The notes under the pieces were generated by a model. The model had not been told where the DNA came from. It did not search any database and was given only the letters and a program-made list of their open reading frames with translations. This document shows, one piece after another, positions 20,513 through 21,349 of a stretch of 21,349 bases of DNA. Source of the stretch: Macrostomum lignano (taxonomy: Eukaryota). The position numbers and the translations under genes are program-made. Position 1 is the stretch's first letter; every line of letters begins with the position of its first letter. The stretch lies in the NCBI GenBank assembly GCA_002269645.1, contig NIVC01005206.1, positions 1 through 21,349 of the forward strand. The letters are read 5' to 3'.

Positions 20513-20921
20513 GGTGTCGCCGCTTCGAGTGGGGGTTTATGGGGTTGTGTTTCATGTTGTGCGTCAGAAGCGGTTTGGACAATTGCTTTTTTGGTGTTTT
20601 AGCTTCGAGGGTCGCCAGCCGATTGGGATAACTCATCACCGCCTGCAGCATTGCAAGTTAAGCAGACTTGGTCGTGGTTAGTACACGCAGGTTTAATAGG
20701 CTTATAGCCTCAACCCTCACGGAAGCCACATTGAGCGAGTGGTCAGTTAATCTGAGCACCAGAGCCCTCAGATAAGCCTTTGACTGCCACATCTTGCCGA
20801 CCCGCAGCGGGTCAGGCGTGTTTCTATTTCTGTTCATTTCTATTTGAAAACTCCACAACTCAATGCAGATTCATGGCAATGAAGTTAGTAAAAAAGCATT
20901 GCAAAAATCAATCAAAGTTCT

Positions 20922-20927
20922 TTTAAT
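20922..20927 (-). terminator. Candidate poly(A) signal (ATTAAA) of the CEP135-like gene
   Basis: ATTAAA on -, about 55 nt after TAA 20982..20980, followed by a T-rich stretch. Confidence 0.4.
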
Positions 20928-20979
20928 GACTGCTGAGGTACGATATGCAAAAACTGCTCTATCGGAGCTCAGAGCACCC

Positions 20980-21349
20980 TTACCCCCTTGAGTCGGGCCG
21001 GTAGAGCGCACCGTGGCTGCCGTAGAGTCCGGCGCCGCCGCCGCCGCCACCTCCGCCGCTGCCACCACCGCTGCGTCGCAGCTCGGAGGCCAGGCGCTCT
21101 CGTTCGAAACGCTCCGACGACAGCTGCCTGGTCAGCCGCTCGACCTCGACTCGAGCTCGGAGCTGCGCGAGCGCAGTCTAGTGAGCTCCCGACCCTGCTG
21201 CTCAAGTTTGGTCTCGCCGAGCTCCAGCCGCTTCGCGAAGCATGCTCAATCGGCGTGGCGCTCCTGCGAGTCCAACTGGGTCCTGGAACTCCTTCTCTCG
21301 GCTGGCGCTGAGCACAGTTTCCAGACTCTTTTTGCGTCCTGCTCGGCCA
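20980..21349 (-). CDS. CEP135: C-terminal coding exon of a CEP135-like (TSGA10 family) centriolar coiled-coil protein; partial, with 5 apparent 1-nt frameshifts
   Basis: Frame-corrected translation AEQDRKKSLETVLSASREKEFQTQLDSQERHADLSMLRERLELGETKLEQQGRELTRLRSRSSELESEVERLTRQLSSERFERERLASELRRSGGG...PDSRG*. This is colinear with the CEP135 C-terminus as I recall it (...NLESLLVANRDKEFHSHL...LKEKLTLSESKL...RQISTERYERERAIQEMRRHG). The gene runs off the window. Confidence 0.8.

Overview
This is eukaryotic (metazoan) genomic DNA, not prokaryotic. GC3-rich coding exons, short introns, abundant CT-rich simple repeats and the LINE type would fit a free-living flatworm such as Macrostomum, but that is inference only. 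Two protein-coding genes converge tail-to-tail. (1) A complete 3-exon class A neuropeptide GPCR of the sNPF/PrRP/NPY-receptor type lies on + (join 9936..10294, 10465..11026, 11209..11691; 467 aa); its second intron needs a non-canonical GC donor. (2) The C-terminal coding exon of a CEP135-like centriole protein lies on - (21349 to 20980) and is broken by five single-base indels, all in short homopolymer runs. The rest comprises: transposon relics (Gypsy RNase H tail, Gypsy integrase, non-LTR RT, a hAT-like terminus, foldback/MITE-like hairpins, LTR-like segments); a dense bZIP/Sox/CCAAT/TATA promoter-like block pointing away from the GPCR; a probable decayed multi-exon gene at 863-1810; a two-copy interspersed repeat; and several tandem arrays (CT tracts and 7-, 15- and 42-bp units). 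I found no rRNA, tRNA or CRISPR array. I did not find a clearly new multi-gene system. The best leads are the regulatory and RNA-processing features around the GPCR and the data-quality or pseudogene signal in CEP135.
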